In this document: piece by piece, positions 27,408-37,434 of the stretch
Layout of the letters: every line of letters starts with the position of its first letter
How positions within the stretch are numbered: the stretch's first letter is position 1
The notes under the pieces: model-generated
What the model was told of the DNA's origin: nothing
What the model saw: only the letters and a program-made list of their open reading frames with translations
The model's database searches: none
Made by a program: the position numbers and the translations under genes
From: Chitinophagaceae bacterium
GTDB taxonomy: Bacteria > Bacteroidota > Bacteroidia > Chitinophagales > Chitinophagaceae
Assembly: GCA_036402175.1 (NCBI GenBank)
Contig: DASWTK010000052.1
Location: 4,146-68,145 of the forward strand
Direction: 5' to 3'
Length of the DNA stretch: 64,000 nucleotides

Positions 27408-28502
27408 ATGCGTCCATCCAAATACCTGAACCTCTTACTACCGATCTTCAATACCGAAAGGACCCGCGAGATCCTGGGTGTTAATCCTGTTACCATTACT
27501 CAACGCGAGGAAGCGGCGGAAGTCAGGGTTTCAGTTTTTGCATACAACGCTGTAAAGCTTAACGAATATCAATTCGATAATATCATAGAATGTCTCAGGT
27601 TCTCCAGCGAAAACAACTTCATTCACTGGATCAATATCGATGGCCTGCGGAAGTCGGACGTTGAACTCGTCTGCAGCAAATTCGGCATACACAACCTTAT
27701 TACCGAGGATATACTGAGCGTTGATCAGCGACCCAAGATGGATGAAATTGAAGGAATTTTGTATTGCCTTCTGAACATGCTTTATTTCAATGAAAATTCA
27801 AACACCGTTGAACAGGAACAGATAAGCATCGTGCTTGGAAAGAACTTTGTGATCACATTCCAGGAAGATCCGGCCAGGGATGTGTTCAATCCGCTACGTG
27901 ATAAATTAAAACTGATCAATAGCAAGGTGCGCCAGCGCAGCGCCGATTTCCTTTGCTACTCCATGATAGACATGATCGTTGACAACTATTACATGGTAAT
28001 GGAAAAACTCGGCGACAGAATTGAGACAATTGAAGATGAAATCATACGCCATAGTAACAAGCGCAGCCTTGCGCGTATCAATCAATTGAGAAAGGAGTTG
28101 ATCGTTTTGAAACGGAATATCGGGCCGGTGCGCGACCTGGTCAGTGGCTTTCTTCGCAGCGAAAGTGAATTGCTGGACGACCGAACAACCAAATACTTCA
28201 AAGACGTATACGATCACATCGTTCAGGCAAACGACCTGAGTGAGAACTACCGTGATATGATGCTGAACCTGCAGGATCTTTATATCAGCAATGTAAACCT
28301 GAAGACCAATGAAGTGATGAAGGTAATGGCCATTGTGACCTGCCTGCTTGCTCCCGCCACTGTTATCGGAGGCATCTTCGGAATGAACTTCGATGTTATT
28401 CCAACAGCCCATAACCAGTGGGGATTTTATACCGCTGTTGGATTCATGCTGATGGTGCCGCTGCTGATGCTCTGGATATTTAAAAAGCGTGGCTGGTTTT
28501 AA
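27408..28502 (+). CDS. corA: Magnesium/cobalt transporter CorA
   Basis: C-terminal two TM helices with the GMNF signature (GGIFGMNFDVIP). Confidence 0.85.
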   Translation: MRPSKYLNLLLPIFNTERTREILGVNPVTITQREEAAEVRVSVFAYNAVKLNEYQFDNIIECLRFSSENNFIHWINIDGLRKSDVELVCSKFGIHNLITEDILSVDQRPKMDEIEGILYCLLNMLYFNENSNTVEQEQISIVLGKNFVITFQEDPARDVFNPLRDKLKLINSKVRQRSADFLCYSMIDMIVDNYYMVMEKLGDRIETIEDEIIRHSNKRSLARINQLRKELIVLKRNIGPVRDLVSGFLRSESELLDDRTTKYFKDVYDHIVQANDLSENYRDMMLNLQDLYISNVNLKTNEVMKVMAIVTCLLAPATVIGGIFGMNFDVIPTAHNQWGFYTAVGFMLMVPLLMLWIFKKRGWF

Positions 28503-28574
28503 TCCATCTGTTAACTTGATGAGCGGTTAGTTGCCCTTTTATAATCGGCTTAATTTGAAAGATAATTATCCCCC

Positions 28575-30038
28575 ATGCGTATTGCCTGCATACTATTTCT
28601 GCTGATACTGCATAATGCCGGTTCTGTTTACGCAACTGATCTCACAATTACAGGTATAGAATGGTCGCGCAATCAAACGCGCAATGAATACCATGTAAAA
28701 TTTACAATTACCTGGAACAATTCATGGCATAACAGCCGAAACCACGACGCAGCCTGGGTGGTAATAAAATATCAGTCTCCGGAATACCGCGTTGCAGGCT
28801 ACAGACATGCGAGGATTCTGACCAGGAACCACAGCATGCTGATAAATCATGTGCCCGGAAGTCCACAACCTGTTTTTGAGGTACCGGAAGATAGTACCGG
28901 ATTTTTTATCTATCCATCTTCCACATACCGGGGAGCGATAAGCTGGACGGTTCTGATTGCATTGGATACGGCAATACTGTCCGACAGAAATTTTCTTCCA
29001 AATGACCGACTCCTCTCAGTGCATGGAATAGAAATGGTCAAAATCCCTGAAGGGCCGTTCACGTTAGGAGATCCTGACACTGCAGCTTACAGGAACTTTA
29101 GTTTTTTTAGTTCCGATGGAAACGGGAAGCCTGCTGGTCTGTTCAAAATTAATAGTGAAAAGAGCGATATCCCGGTTAACACTTCACAAGGCAGCCTTTA
29201 TTATAATGCGGAGAGGCAAATTTATCATGGTGACCAGAAAGGGATAATTCCGGCGGCATTTCCAAAAGGCTACCAGTCGTTTTATATTATGAAATATGAA
29301 CTTCAGCAGGGTCAATACGCAGAATTCCTGAACTGCATTTCGGCGGGTGCTTCTCATCACAGGGCCAACTTCGGCGGAAAACTTTATTACGAACATCGGG
29401 GAACTATTAAAATTGAAGATGACAGATATTTTTCCGCCTCCCCTTCACGTCCGTGCAATTTTGTAAGCTGGGACGACGCTTGTGCGTTTGCCGATTGGTC
29501 ATGCCTGCGCCCTATGACTGAATTGGAATTTGAGAAAGCCTGTCGCGGTAACCGCACACCTATACCACATGAATATCCATGGAATACTTCATCAAAGAAT
29601 AACCTGATGAGAATAGTGGATACAAACAATGAATTGGTTCTTATAAATAATCTGAATGAATCACAGCTTGATGATAATAATCGCGACAAATTCGGCGCTT
29701 CATATTACTGGGTAATGGACCTTGCCGGAAGTTTGTGGGAAAGATGTGTCACCGTTGGAGATTCTGTGGGAAGATCTTTTCAGGGAACTCATGGCGATGG
29801 CAATCTTGCTCCTTATGGCTACGCAAGTAATGCCGACTGGCCGAAGGGCAGCACTGAAACAGCCGGATTCGGATTCCGGGGCGGTGGATATTATGAACAC
29901 AACATGCAGTACGGTGGTTTTAATCCGCATAGCCCAATAGGCTACAGGAATTTCGGATCATGGCCCGGAGGTAACCGCAGCAATTCATATAGCAGCAGAT
30001 TTGTAAGAACCGTTACAAGGTCAGTAATTACAAAATGA
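28575..30038 (+). CDS. FGE-sulfatase (SUMF1) domain protein with an unrecognised N-terminal domain
   Basis: FYIMKYELQQGQYAEFLN and NFVSWDDACAFADWSCLRPMTELEFEKACRG are typical SUMF1/FGE-fold blocks; signal peptide present. Confidence 0.6.
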   Translation: MRIACILFLLILHNAGSVYATDLTITGIEWSRNQTRNEYHVKFTITWNNSWHNSRNHDAAWVVIKYQSPEYRVAGYRHARILTRNHSMLINHVPGSPQPVFEVPEDSTGFFIYPSSTYRGAISWTVLIALDTAILSDRNFLPNDRLLSVHGIEMVKIPEGPFTLGDPDTAAYRNFSFFSSDGNGKPAGLFKINSEKSDIPVNTSQGSLYYNAERQIYHGDQKGIIPAAFPKGYQSFYIMKYELQQGQYAEFLNCISAGASHHRANFGGKLYYEHRGTIKIEDDRYFSASPSRPCNFVSWDDACAFADWSCLRPMTELEFEKACRGNRTPIPHEYPWNTSSKNNLMRIVDTNNELVLINNLNESQLDDNNRDKFGASYYWVMDLAGSLWERCVTVGDSVGRSFQGTHGDGNLAPYGYASNADWPKGSTETAGFGFRGGGYYEHNMQYGGFNPHSPIGYRNFGSWPGGNRSNSYSSRFVRTVTRSVITK

Positions 30039-30113
30039 TCGCCGAAAACATTCCAGCCTCAGCCATAACTCATCAACTTAAATTCCTAAATTCAATTCCT
30101 AAATTATTATATC

Positions 30114-31103
30114 ATGTCTTCAGATCGTCGCCGGTTTCTTCAGCAAATAGGACTTGCAGGCTTAGGCCTTGCAGCAACAGGACTGACCGCATGTGCGGAT
30201 TCTGCTTCTCAGGGTAACGTTGATGGTCAGCCGAAAGCAGGTGATAAAAAAGCCGGTCCCCTGTTCTTTGAGATATCTCTGGCGCAATGGTCGTTGCATA
30301 AGGCTCTTTTTGCGAAGGAGCTGGACAACCTTGATTTCCCGGTGGTGACAAGGAAAGATTATGGGCTTGGCGTGGTTGAATATGTGAATGCATTCTTTAT
30401 GGATAAGGCGGAGGATACAAAATACCTGAATGAATTGCTGAAGCGGTGCAGTGATAACAATATAAAGAATCACCTGATCATGTGCGATGGAGAAGGTGGC
30501 CTTGGAGATTTGGATGATAAAAAGCGGTTGAAGTCAGTAGAGAATCATTACAAGTGGGTTGGGGCTGCAAAATATCTTGGCTGTGCAACCATTCGCGTAA
30601 ATGCGTTTGGTGAAGGAAGCAGGGAAGACGTTCAAAAGGCCGCAATAGATGGACTTGGCAGACTGGCAGAATATGCTTCGAAAGAAAATATTAATGTCAT
30701 TGTAGAAAATCATGGCAGTTATAGCTCCGACGGCCAATGGCTGGGGAGTGTAATGAAGGCGATCAACAAAAGCAACATGGGTACACTGCCCGATTTTGGT
30801 AACTTTTGCATTCGCCGTGATGGTAAATCAATGTGGGAGGGAAAATGTGTTGACCAGTACGACCCATATAAAGGTGTTCAGGAAATGATGCCTTTCGCAA
30901 AAGGTGTCAGTGCAAAATCACACGAATTTGATGACAAGGGAAACGAAGTGGAGATAGACTATGTCAGGATGTTGAAGATCGTTAAAGACGCGGGCTTCCG
31001 CGGATATATAGGAATAGAATACGAAGGACAAAAGCACAGTGAACAGGAAGGTATCAGAAAAACAAAAGCCCTTCTTGAACGCGTAGGCGCGGCAATGGGA
31101 TGA
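30114..31103 (+). CDS. Tat-exported xylose-isomerase-like TIM-barrel protein (sugar phosphate isomerase/epimerase family)
   Basis: Twin-arginine leader [19 protein letters not shown]; VENHG and IEYEG blocks. Confidence 0.7.
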   Translation: MSSDRRRFLQQIGLAGLGLAATGLTACADSASQGNVDGQPKAGDKKAGPLFFEISLAQWSLHKALFAKELDNLDFPVVTRKDYGLGVVEYVNAFFMDKAEDTKYLNELLKRCSDNNIKNHLIMCDGEGGLGDLDDKKRLKSVENHYKWVGAAKYLGCATIRVNAFGEGSREDVQKAAIDGLGRLAEYASKENINVIVENHGSYSSDGQWLGSVMKAINKSNMGTLPDFGNFCIRRDGKSMWEGKCVDQYDPYKGVQEMMPFAKGVSAKSHEFDDKGNEVEIDYVRMLKIVKDAGFRGYIGIEYEGQKHSEQEGIRKTKALLERVGAAMG

Positions 31104-31107
31104 AACG

Positions 31108-31614
31108 TTACCGCTTTTTATAAATAGGCACTGTGCTGCAGGGTTCGCCGTACATGATGCTTTTTGCAACAGGCCTTAAGCGCTTTGTTATTTCCATGTA
31201 GGCAAATTCACCAATAGGAATTTCTCCGCAGCCTTTAACCACAATTCGTTTGTCGGTAAACTCACTCACATCTATCTGCTGAATATTTCTGAGCAGCACC
31301 TGTTTCCTTAATTCATCGGCAGTGCCAAATACTATTTCTTTCGCTACCGGCTGAAGATAGGCGCCGGCAAGCATGTACGCCCAAACCGGTATTACCGCAT
31401 CTGCTGAGCATAATACCGCTACGTATTTATCCTGGTAGTGTGACCAGTCAAATTGCTGCAGGGCCGCGCGATAATCCTTCTCTTTCAGAATGAGACCCAT
31501 GAAAAGATAATCCTTCAGGTCAAATACAGCTATCTCATCCTTTGGATAATATTCTTCCAGGTCAAGCGTGATCAACCCGCTTTCCGCTACTTTATTCACA
31601 ATTAGGTCGCTCAT
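31108..31614 (-). CDS. DUF2480-like protein
   Basis: Start at MSDLIVNKVAESGLITLDLEEYYP (ATG at 31614). The family assignment is from memory of conserved Bacteroidota hypothetical proteins. Confidence 0.45.
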   Translation of the reverse strand: MSDLIVNKVAESGLITLDLEEYYPKDEIAVFDLKDYLFMGLILKEKDYRAALQQFDWSHYQDKYVAVLCSADAVIPVWAYMLAGAYLQPVAKEIVFGTADELRKQVLLRNIQQIDVSEFTDKRIVVKGCGEIPIGEFAYMEITKRLRPVAKSIMYGEPCSTVPIYKKR

Positions 31615-31649
31615 ATGGCAAAGATACGAATGGAACAACAGGTCTGAAA

Positions 31650-31693
31650 GTTAATAGGTTGACAAAGAGATATCCCTCTGTCAACCTATTAAC
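31650..31693 (-). terminator. Perfect 15-bp hairpin downstream of the PPIase gene (putative terminator)
   Basis: GTTAATAGGTTGACA (31650-31664) / TGTCAACCTATTAAC (31679-31693), 14-nt loop; only a weak U tract (TTTCAG) on the minus strand. Confidence 0.5.
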
Positions 31694-31711
31694 TAGAGCT
31701 TATCAGCTGTT

Positions 31712-33796
31712 TTACAGGAATTTACCCCTGTTATCCTTTATCGTTGCGTCTTTTTTCAACGCTTCAATGGCGCGGTAACTGACCGACGAGCGCTGCTGCA
31801 TCAGGTAAGTATTTCTCTGTTGTTCCAAATCAGCCGCGGCGTTGGGTCTTGCAAATACATTTTCTGTCCGGATCACGAATACACCGCTATTGCCTGCAAT
31901 CGGAGAACTCACTTTTCCCTGCCAGCTTTTATTGAATGCCGCTCCAATTACTTTCAGCTCCTGCCCTACATTTGGAATCATTGGTGAAGCGAAACTTACG
32001 CTATCGGCCCGCTGTACAGCCTGACCGCCTGTTCCTGCGGCAGCTTCCAGCGTAGCCGGTTTACCTAACTTATTGATAAGCTGGGCAGCCTTTTTCTTAT
32101 TGCGGATCAGTACTTCAACAATAGGACGGGCCTTTGCGGGGCTCATAATGCCCTCTTTATTGATTTCGGTAACCACACCAACCACATACTGATCGCCGAT
32201 CACAAACGGCTCAGAAACATCACCCAGATCAGCCTCATAGATCCAGCGAACGAACTGACGGTTGTTACCAAGATTGGGTATGCCCATATCAGTTGGCCTG
32301 ATTTCGGGCGCAAGTATTTTCCTTAATTCAGGATTTTTCGCAACATTATCATCAAATGCTTTCAGGTTTCTGCTTTGGCCGGAAAACTGGTTTGCCAATC
32401 CTGAGGCGCGGTTTTCTGTTTCAGTGCTCGGAATTATTTTCTTTGTGAAATAGGCAACCTTGTACGCCGGTTCAATTTTCTTCTGGTCCAGCACTTCTAT
32501 ATAATGATACCCGAAAGAAGTTTTTACAGTTTGTTTGTCGCCTTTATTACCATAGAATGCAACTTCCGCAAACTCTTTTGCAAGATTGCTGAATTGCAGT
32601 GAAGTGAAGTCGTATTCACCGCCCTTATCCTTACTTCCCGGATCATCGCTCACCGCAGCTGCCAATGCTCCAAAATTGGCGCCACCCGCGATTGCATTCG
32701 ATATACTATCGATGCGTCTTTTAGCAACTGAATCCGGTGTCCCGTTCTGAGTACTGATTAATATATGCCGAACCTTAACCGAATCGGGCATAGATCGCTT
32801 ACCTATCATTTTCGCCATTACAAGATTACCCGCGTCGAAATAAGGACCAAATACTCTGCCTTCGGGCAGGGTGCGGATGGAATCAGCATTCGGAACCTGG
32901 AGGTTTGTCTGTGTAATAAATCCATCCAAATAGGAACTTTCTGAACCATTCCTTGCAAGGAATCCCTGGAAATCGGTTGTTGAATCGAATTCGTTTCTCA
33001 GGTTCAGCATCTGCTGAACGATCGCCGATGTATCGGCCGCACTTGGAGCCGCGTTGAATGCCACATAAGCAATACCCCGGGAATCTTCCTGTTTGAATTC
33101 GTCGGGACGCGCATTAATATATTCCTTTATATCCTCATCTGTTACTTTAACGGCGCTGTCTGAAACCGAAGTATAAGGAATATTAACATATGAAATGCTG
33201 GCCAGCTGGCTGTTATCAGCAGTTGATTTCTCAACCAGCCATTTAGGAATATAAGTGGTGTTCACCAGCAGCGACATATACTTCTCCCGCTGGCGCATTG
33301 CAATAAGGCTTTGGATGAACTGGCCGTATTCTTTTGGATTTTTCTGACGGAACGACTGAATAGCCTGTGAAGCTGCGGCAACGTCGTATTGTCCTGCCTG
33401 GTTGGTGAACTGTTGCTTCAGTTGATCAGGAGGATTGGCGCCGAAGATGATATCATTTACTTCTTTATCGGTAATATATAAACCGAGTCCGTCATAAATA
33501 TCCTTCATCAATGCTTCTTCTACCATCTGATTCCAGATATTATCCTGGAGGTTCTGACGAAGCATATCGTTCATTGCACCGCCGTACTGCTGTTCCTGTG
33601 CAGTAAGCCGGGTTTGAAAATTAATGTAATCAATCTCCTCTCCGTTTACTTTCCCCATGGTGGTAGAACGGGAATTGAACAAGCCTCCGCCTCCACCCTG
33701 AAAAGCATCCGTCACAATAAATCCGATCATTGCAAGGGCAATCGCAACAATGATCAACCAGGCCGCTTTATCGCGGATCCGCTGAATAATAGACAT
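31712..33796 (-). CDS. Periplasmic chaperone / peptidyl-prolyl isomerase (PpiD/SurA-like)
   Basis: N-terminal TM anchor after MSIIQRIRDKAAW (ATG at 33796); parvulin block VKVRHILI...FGYHYIEV. Confidence 0.75.
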   Translation of the reverse strand: MSIIQRIRDKAAWLIIVAIALAMIGFIVTDAFQGGGGGLFNSRSTTMGKVNGEEIDYINFQTRLTAQEQQYGGAMNDMLRQNLQDNIWNQMVEEALMKDIYDGLGLYITDKEVNDIIFGANPPDQLKQQFTNQAGQYDVAAASQAIQSFRQKNPKEYGQFIQSLIAMRQREKYMSLLVNTTYIPKWLVEKSTADNSQLASISYVNIPYTSVSDSAVKVTDEDIKEYINARPDEFKQEDSRGIAYVAFNAAPSAADTSAIVQQMLNLRNEFDSTTDFQGFLARNGSESSYLDGFITQTNLQVPNADSIRTLPEGRVFGPYFDAGNLVMAKMIGKRSMPDSVKVRHILISTQNGTPDSVAKRRIDSISNAIAGGANFGALAAAVSDDPGSKDKGGEYDFTSLQFSNLAKEFAEVAFYGNKGDKQTVKTSFGYHYIEVLDQKKIEPAYKVAYFTKKIIPSTETENRASGLANQFSGQSRNLKAFDDNVAKNPELRKILAPEIRPTDMGIPNLGNNRQFVRWIYEADLGDVSEPFVIGDQYVVGVVTEINKEGIMSPAKARPIVEVLIRNKKKAAQLINKLGKPATLEAAAGTGGQAVQRADSVSFASPMIPNVGQELKVIGAAFNKSWQGKVSSPIAGNSGVFVIRTENVFARPNAAADLEQQRNTYLMQQRSSVSYRAIEALKKDATIKDNRGKFL

Positions 33797-33858
33797 AATT
33801 TTATTCCCTGTTTTTAAGCAGGCGGCAAAAATAGGGGTTAAATTGGTTATCAACAAAT

Positions 33859-34242
33859 TGTGGAAAAGGGGCTGAAATTCAGACCTGTAGCGGATTATAG
33901 ATGTGAGTTGCGGGATGAGCGGTGAAATGAAAAACTAAAATATTTGGAATAGTGCTCTTTATTGATCGTCCAAATCTTTTCTTCCACAAATACCCTGTTG
34001 GTAAAATGTTTTTCTGTGGAAAAAGCCAATAGAAAATTTCCCCAATCCGGGGAAAGGTTGAGTCAAAGTTTATCCTTCAGTCAAACTAATGACTGTTAGT
34101 GTGTCAAAGTCGGGGTTTATCAGCACTGCATCAACATCCGGAATGACCGAAAATCAAAAAAAGTTATCCAGCACTCCATTAATGCACAGAAGTTGATAAG
34201 TGTGATAAATGCAATAGGGTGGCGGAGAGTTCATGTGGAAAC
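33859..34242. other. Cluster of DnaA-box-like 9-mers in an ORF-free spacer (candidate oriC or other regulatory hub)
   Basis: TGTGGAAAA at 33859-33867 and 34015-34023 (reverse complement TTTTCCACA, 1 mismatch to TTATCCACA); TCTTCCACA 33980-33988; TTATCCTTC 34070-34078; TTATCCAGC 34164-34172; TGTGGAAAC 34234-34242; AT-rich tract 34337-34370. Confidence 0.3.
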
Positions 34243-34280
34243 TCGTGGGGATACGGGTGAATATCATCTACTCTTAACTT
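34028..34280 (-). ncRNA. Candidate small transcript (sRNA, or mRNA for a 37-codon micro-ORF) delimited by promoter-like and terminator-like signals
   Basis: On the minus strand: TTTG (34311-34314), a 19-nt spacer, then GATTTTTG (34284-34291). Hairpin TTTCCCC/GGGGAAA (34037-34055) is followed on the minus strand by UUUUCU. No family recognised. Confidence 0.25.
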
Positions 34281-34371
34281 TACCAAAAATCAGCACAATA
34301 ATTTTATACCCAAATTCACAGTCGTAGTAGTAATAGCTTTCTTTTATAAAATATATATTATTAAAAATACT

Positions 34372-35382
34372 ATGCCAGATATCAACATTGCAATTGCGAA
34401 AAATAATATCACGCAACAAGGTTTCCTGGATGTTCCGATTGATCCTACCTTAGACCTCTTCCACGAGATCGAACAACTGAAAAAGAAAAAAAATGCAATC
34501 ATTCTTGCGCACTACTACCAGGAGCCCGATATACAGGATGTGGCAGATTACATTGGCGATAGCCTTGGACTTGCACAGCAGGCTGAAAAAACCCATGCGG
34601 ATATGATCGTTTTTGCCGGTGTGCATTTCATGGCTGAAACAGCCAAGATCCTGAATCCATCGAAGAAGGTTGTGATTCCCGACCTCAGAGCAGGATGCTC
34701 ACTTTCCGATTCAGCACCACCACCACTTTTCAAAGCGTTCAAGGACAAACACCCCGATCATGTTGTTATTTCCTACATAAATTGTTCAGCAGGCATCAAA
34801 GCATTGAGCGATATTATCTGCACAAGCAGCAACGCTCCTTACATCGTGGAAAGTGTTCCGAAAGACCGGCCGATCATTTTTGCGCCTGATAAGAATCTCG
34901 GTGCGTTTCTTATCAAAAAAACCGGAAGGGAGATGCTGTTATGGAACGGAAGCTGTATGGTTCATGAAATTTTCAGCAGGGAGAAAATCACAAAACTCAA
35001 GGTCCGGCACCCTAAAGCGAAAGTGATTGCGCACCCGGAATGCGAACAACCCGTACTTGACCTGGCAGATTTCATCGGATCCACTACCGGGCTTCTTAAG
35101 TTCACCACCGAAGACCCTTCAAATGAATTCATTGTGGCCACAGAAACCGGCATTCTTCACCAGATGCAGAAGGCGTCACCCCACAAGACCTTTATTGCGG
35201 CCCCGCCTAATAACAGCTGCGCCTGTAACGACTGTCCACACATGAAGCTGAATACCCTGGAAAAATTATACCTGTGCATGGAATATGAGGAGCCTGAGAT
35301 TACAATGGATGAACAGATCAGAATAGCGGCCAGGAAACCAATAGAAAGAATGCTTGAAATAAGTAAAAAAGCCGGATTGTAA
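34372..35382 (+). CDS. nadA: Quinolinate synthase
   Basis: [18 protein letters not shown], three Cys contexts (AGCSL, INCSA, GSCMVHE), and CPHMK at the C-terminus. Confidence 0.9.
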   Translation: MPDINIAIAKNNITQQGFLDVPIDPTLDLFHEIEQLKKKKNAIILAHYYQEPDIQDVADYIGDSLGLAQQAEKTHADMIVFAGVHFMAETAKILNPSKKVVIPDLRAGCSLSDSAPPPLFKAFKDKHPDHVVISYINCSAGIKALSDIICTSSNAPYIVESVPKDRPIIFAPDKNLGAFLIKKTGREMLLWNGSCMVHEIFSREKITKLKVRHPKAKVIAHPECEQPVLDLADFIGSTTGLLKFTTEDPSNEFIVATETGILHQMQKASPHKTFIAAPPNNSCACNDCPHMKLNTLEKLYLCMEYEEPEITMDEQIRIAARKPIERMLEISKKAGL

Positions 35383-35431
35383 TATTTCGTATTATCGTTA
35401 AATTTACTAAAAGTGAAAAGAGGAGGTGATC

Positions 35432-35953
35432 ATGTCTACTTTAGTAAGATTTTCTCTCGCTTGCCTGATACTATTCATAATTTCTTCAACCGCCTTCGCG
35501 CAATATAAGACCGACTGGAGATCTGATATTGATTTTATCATCCAGGAATCTGACAGTTTATCCCTTAAATCGCAAAAGACCTTCTCTCTCCTTAAACCAT
35601 ATCACAGGGATAAGGATATACGTGAAACATGGTATTATACAGTCAAAGATGGAAGGGTTATCATTTTCGAAATTCAGTACGTGCTCGATTCAATGGAGTT
35701 TACTGAAATATATTACATGCACAGAGGTCGCCTGATATGCATGGAACAATATGAAGCTCCTTATCTTTCTGTTTACACCGATCAATTAAAAAGCGGCGAA
35801 GCGTTTTTTTTCCTCGACGAAACCCTGAAGCAATATGTAATGACCGGTAAGCGGCGCCCTGCACCCGGATTGTGGAATTCTGAAACCGCATCGCTTTCAA
35901 AATTCAATCAACGGTTTGCAGAGCTGCAGCGCCATATCAAATACATGCGCTGA
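35432..35953 (+). CDS. Secreted hypothetical protein
   Basis: Signal peptide LACLILFIISSTAFAQ; no family recognised. Confidence 0.45.
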   Translation: MSTLVRFSLACLILFIISSTAFAQYKTDWRSDIDFIIQESDSLSLKSQKTFSLLKPYHRDKDIRETWYYTVKDGRVIIFEIQYVLDSMEFTEIYYMHRGRLICMEQYEAPYLSVYTDQLKSGEAFFFLDETLKQYVMTGKRRPAPGLWNSETASLSKFNQRFAELQRHIKYMR

Positions 35954-35997
35954 TATTTTAACGCTTGTTACTTACCGGATCAAACAACATCAAATGA

Positions 35998-37434
35998 TCA
36001 ATCCATCCCCTTTAATCCATTCTTTGCAAACCAATCATCCGGATTTATGCTCAAGGCCTTCTCGTAATATTTTTTCGCATCTGATTTGTTTCCTTTCGCA
36101 AGTGATATCTGCGCCGCTACGTTAAAAGGTCCGGATGATTTAGGGAAATCTTTTGATGCCATTTCCAGCAATGAAAATGAGATTTCAGATTTACCGGCAT
36201 CGGCAAGCATTTCCATCAACCTGATATATACCCAGACGTTGGGCACCGACTGCATTCCATGTTTTGCAAGCAACGAAGTAAATTCGGTTTTCACCGGCTC
36301 CCATCCTTTTTCTTCAATCTGTTCGAATACGACATTTTCAAATGGTTTCTGCGGACGATCGAACTGCCCTGTATAGATCACCTTCAGGATGTTGTTGCTT
36401 ATTTCGCGTGGATTGAGCCTGTTGTTGATAAGAACTACAATGACATATTCATCTTCAACAACAATCTTAAAGTCGGTAGAAAATCCTTTTCCGCCGCCAT
36501 CATGACTCACAATTTTTTTACCATAGGGATTCTCATTTTCAATCCATCCCAACGCATATTTTCCACCGCGTCCTGCGTCGGCCACACCTGTCCAAAGTTG
36601 GTCACGAACCTCTTTGCCAAGTAATTTTCCGGAAAGCAATCCATTACCGAACCTTGTCAGGTCCCTCGCATTGCTTTGCATACCGCCATCAGAAAAGCCT
36701 GGAAATTCATCCGCCACCCCATTTTTAAAAGATTTACCGGAGAATACCAGGTAAGGAACGGCTTCTGCCGGAGCATTAAAAGTGGCGGGATAATGTATAT
36801 ATGAATTGGAAATGCCGGTCTTTTTGAAAATACGCTCATTCAGATTGGTCAGGTAATCTTTCCCTGTGCGTTTTTCTATGATCCGGCCGAGTATGATAAA
36901 TCCTGAATTGGAATAGTCGAAGCGCGCGCCTGGCTTTTCCATGGTCAGCGGCATGTCTTCTACCAGAGGCATTACGTCGGATAATGATTTCAATGTTGAA
37001 AGCTTGCTTTCGAACTGCGGATGCATCATGTAATTGTTGATGCCCGATGTATGAGTTAACAGATGACGTACGGTGATCAGATTTCCATTTTTAAACCAGT
37101 AATCAGGCAATATCCTGCTTAACGTATCCGCGAGTGATAACCTGCCTTCCTGCACCAGCTGCATGATCATTACGGCGGTAAAAGTTTTACCGGTTGAAGC
37201 GATATTAAAATTGGTGTTTAACTGGTTCAGGATTTTTTTTTCTTTATCGGCATATCCAGCGGTTCGCGCGTATAATAGTTTACCCTTTTGTGAAACCATC
37301 ACCACACCCGAGAAATTTCTCTCTTTTTCATACGCGTCGATCAGTGAATCCAGTTTTTTGGTAAGTTGAACTTTCTGGCTGTGAACTGTTGCGGTGACGG
37401 CCACTAACAGGACCGCCAGTAATAATTGTTTCAT
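35998..37434 (-). CDS. Serine hydrolase (class C beta-lactamase fold) with a C-terminal TPR-like region
   Basis: Intact ASTGK (SxxK), YSN and HDGGG motifs. Start trimmed to MKQLLLAVLL (ATG at 37434). The C-terminus ends in a TPR-like KKYYEKALSINPDD. Confidence 0.75.
   Translation of the reverse strand: MKQLLLAVLLVAVTATVHSQKVQLTKKLDSLIDAYEKERNFSGVVMVSQKGKLLYARTAGYADKEKKILNQLNTNFNIASTGKTFTAVMIMQLVQEGRLSLADTLSRILPDYWFKNGNLITVRHLLTHTSGINNYMMHPQFESKLSTLKSLSDVMPLVEDMPLTMEKPGARFDYSNSGFIILGRIIEKRTGKDYLTNLNERIFKKTGISNSYIHYPATFNAPAEAVPYLVFSGKSFKNGVADEFPGFSDGGMQSNARDLTRFGNGLLSGKLLGKEVRDQLWTGVADAGRGGKYALGWIENENPYGKKIVSHDGGGKGFSTDFKIVVEDEYVIVVLINNRLNPREISNNILKVIYTGQFDRPQKPFENVVFEQIEEKGWEPVKTEFTSLLAKHGMQSVPNVWVYIRLMEMLADAGKSEISFSLLEMASKDFPKSSGPFNVAAQISLAKGNKSDAKKYYEKALSINPDDWFAKNGLKGMD

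Noticed and set aside
27906-28412. Long antisense ORFs overlapping well-supported genes (27906-28412, 62414-63028, 19069-19647, 40073-40510, 52581-53051, 58726-59172, 6394-6825, 57089-57511)
   Set aside because: These are shadow ORFs on the opposite strand of genes with clear family motifs. None shows motifs of its own.
33868-33890. GGGGCTGAAATTCAGACC resembles the 5-prime end of tmRNA (GGGGCTGA...TTCGAC)
   Set aside because: No tRNA-like 3-prime end (T-arm, GGTTCGAATCC-type sequence or CCA acceptor) and no tag reading frame could be found in the spacer.
34100-34371. NAD+ riboswitch (nadA motif) in the nadA leader, suggested by TCAACATCCGG and two related 17-mers
   Set aside because: The candidate elements lie about 200 nt from the start codon, and I cannot reproduce the tandem-domain consensus from memory with confidence. 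That motif is known from Acidobacteria. An Infernal scan would be needed, so it is not claimed.
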